32,000 nucleotides of DNA, taken from assembly GCF_001306055.1 (NCBI RefSeq), contig NZ_LGHJ01000013.1:186265-218264 (forward strand). Reading direction: 5' to 3'. Source of the stretch: Bellilinea caldifistulae (GTDB lineage Bacteria; Chloroflexota; Anaerolineae; Anaerolineales; Anaerolineaceae). The translations under genes were made by a program, and so were the position numbers. Under the pieces are notes generated by a model. That model saw nothing but the letters and a program-made list of their open reading frames with translations. It was not told where the DNA came from and made no database searches. This document shows, piece by piece, positions 31,832 through 32,000 of the stretch; the first letter of the stretch is position 1; each line of letters starts with the position of its first letter.

Positions 31832-31860
31832 ATTATGGCGGCAGCCCTCAAAAATTGCAA
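31832..31860 (-). promoter_or_regulatory. Candidate promoter of the Mo-hydroxylase operon
   Basis: The minus strand reads TTGCAA (31860-31855), 17 nt, CATAAT (31837-31832). This gives a 5' UTR of about 100 nt. Confidence 0.4.
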
Positions 31861-31874
31861 CTATTTGAGGGCTG
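31842..31874. promoter_or_regulatory. Perfect 11-bp inverted repeat centred on the predicted -35 (operator candidate)
   Basis: CAGCCCTCAAA-N11-TTTGAGGGCTG. A further half-site, GAGGGCTGCC, lies at 31746-31755 next to the coxM-like SD. Confidence 0.6.
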
Positions 31875-32000
31875 AGATTGTTGAAAAACAAACAACTGGG
31901 ATTGACGAAAAGGGGAAAACCTTAATACAATCGAACCAAACCACTTTGGAGATCAGCGGGATGGAAAAGCAGCGTTTCGAAGAAACCGGCAAAGGATCAT

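Noticed and set aside
31786-31869. 27-codon + strand ORF (MGKNACLCTTINRRLILWRQPSKIATI) in the region upstream of the coxM-like gene
   Set aside because: It has no SD and overlaps the palindromes that better explain the sequence. It is too short to support without conservation data.
31961-32000. Possible start of a + strand gene (ATG 31961, MEKQRFEETGKGS..., GGAG 9 nt upstream) at the window edge
   Set aside because: Only 13 codons are visible, so neither family nor frame can be supported. It is mentioned only because a divergent regulator of the Mo-hydroxylase operon might sit here.
1-32000. Search for CRISPR arrays, tRNA/rRNA genes, IS elements, integrases, and prophage or toxin-antitoxin/defence islands
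   Set aside because: No spaced direct repeats occur, and no non-coding gap exceeds about 270 nt. There are no transposase, integrase or recombinase-like ORFs and no terminal inverted repeats. Apart from the slightly lower-GC 169-aa gene at 24161-24670 I noticed no compositional shift by eye. The window looks like core chromosome.

Overview
This 32-kb chromosomal segment is about 55% GC by eye and almost fully coding. I call 37 protein genes. I found no rRNA, tRNA, CRISPR array, transposase, integrase or phage genes. The content is mainly housekeeping: a partial phosphohexomutase, trpS-dtd, infC-rpmI-rplT, groES-groEL with a perfect CIRCE operator, trmD and lepB. Envelope genes are interspersed: a sugar transferase, a PrsA-like PPIase lipoprotein, a sortase, two tandem membrane-anchored TPR paralogs and several Pro/Thr-linker proteins. 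The right end carries a five-gene molybdenum-hydroxylase (CoxM/S/L-type) + CoxG + NCS2 nucleobase permease cluster. The Pro/Thr-rich linkers, a GroEL without a GGM tail and CIRCE control suggest a Chloroflexota/Anaerolineae-like bacterium, but that is inference only. The observations most worth a second look are listed here. (1) An SelW/Rdx-family selenoprotein gene that the ORF track splits at an in-frame TGA; the TGA sits in a C-x-x-U motif and a SECIS-like hairpin follows it. (2) A recurring promoter architecture in which a -10 box sits 5-7 nt from the ATG, suggesting leaderless mRNAs at six transcription-unit heads. (3) A translationally coupled macro-domain / TrmH methyltransferase / DUF711 operon. 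(4) A four-gene operon ending in a MoaD/ThiS-like Gly-Gly protein, with two genes of unknown function. (5) The Mo-hydroxylase-permease cluster, with an operator-like 11-bp inverted repeat over its promoter and an unusual 201-nt internal leader. (6) An ATT start on infC. (7) A Cys4 motif in TrpRS. I did not find a clear-cut novel defence or mobile system. The candidates above are hypotheses built from gene order and motifs, with no database searches run.
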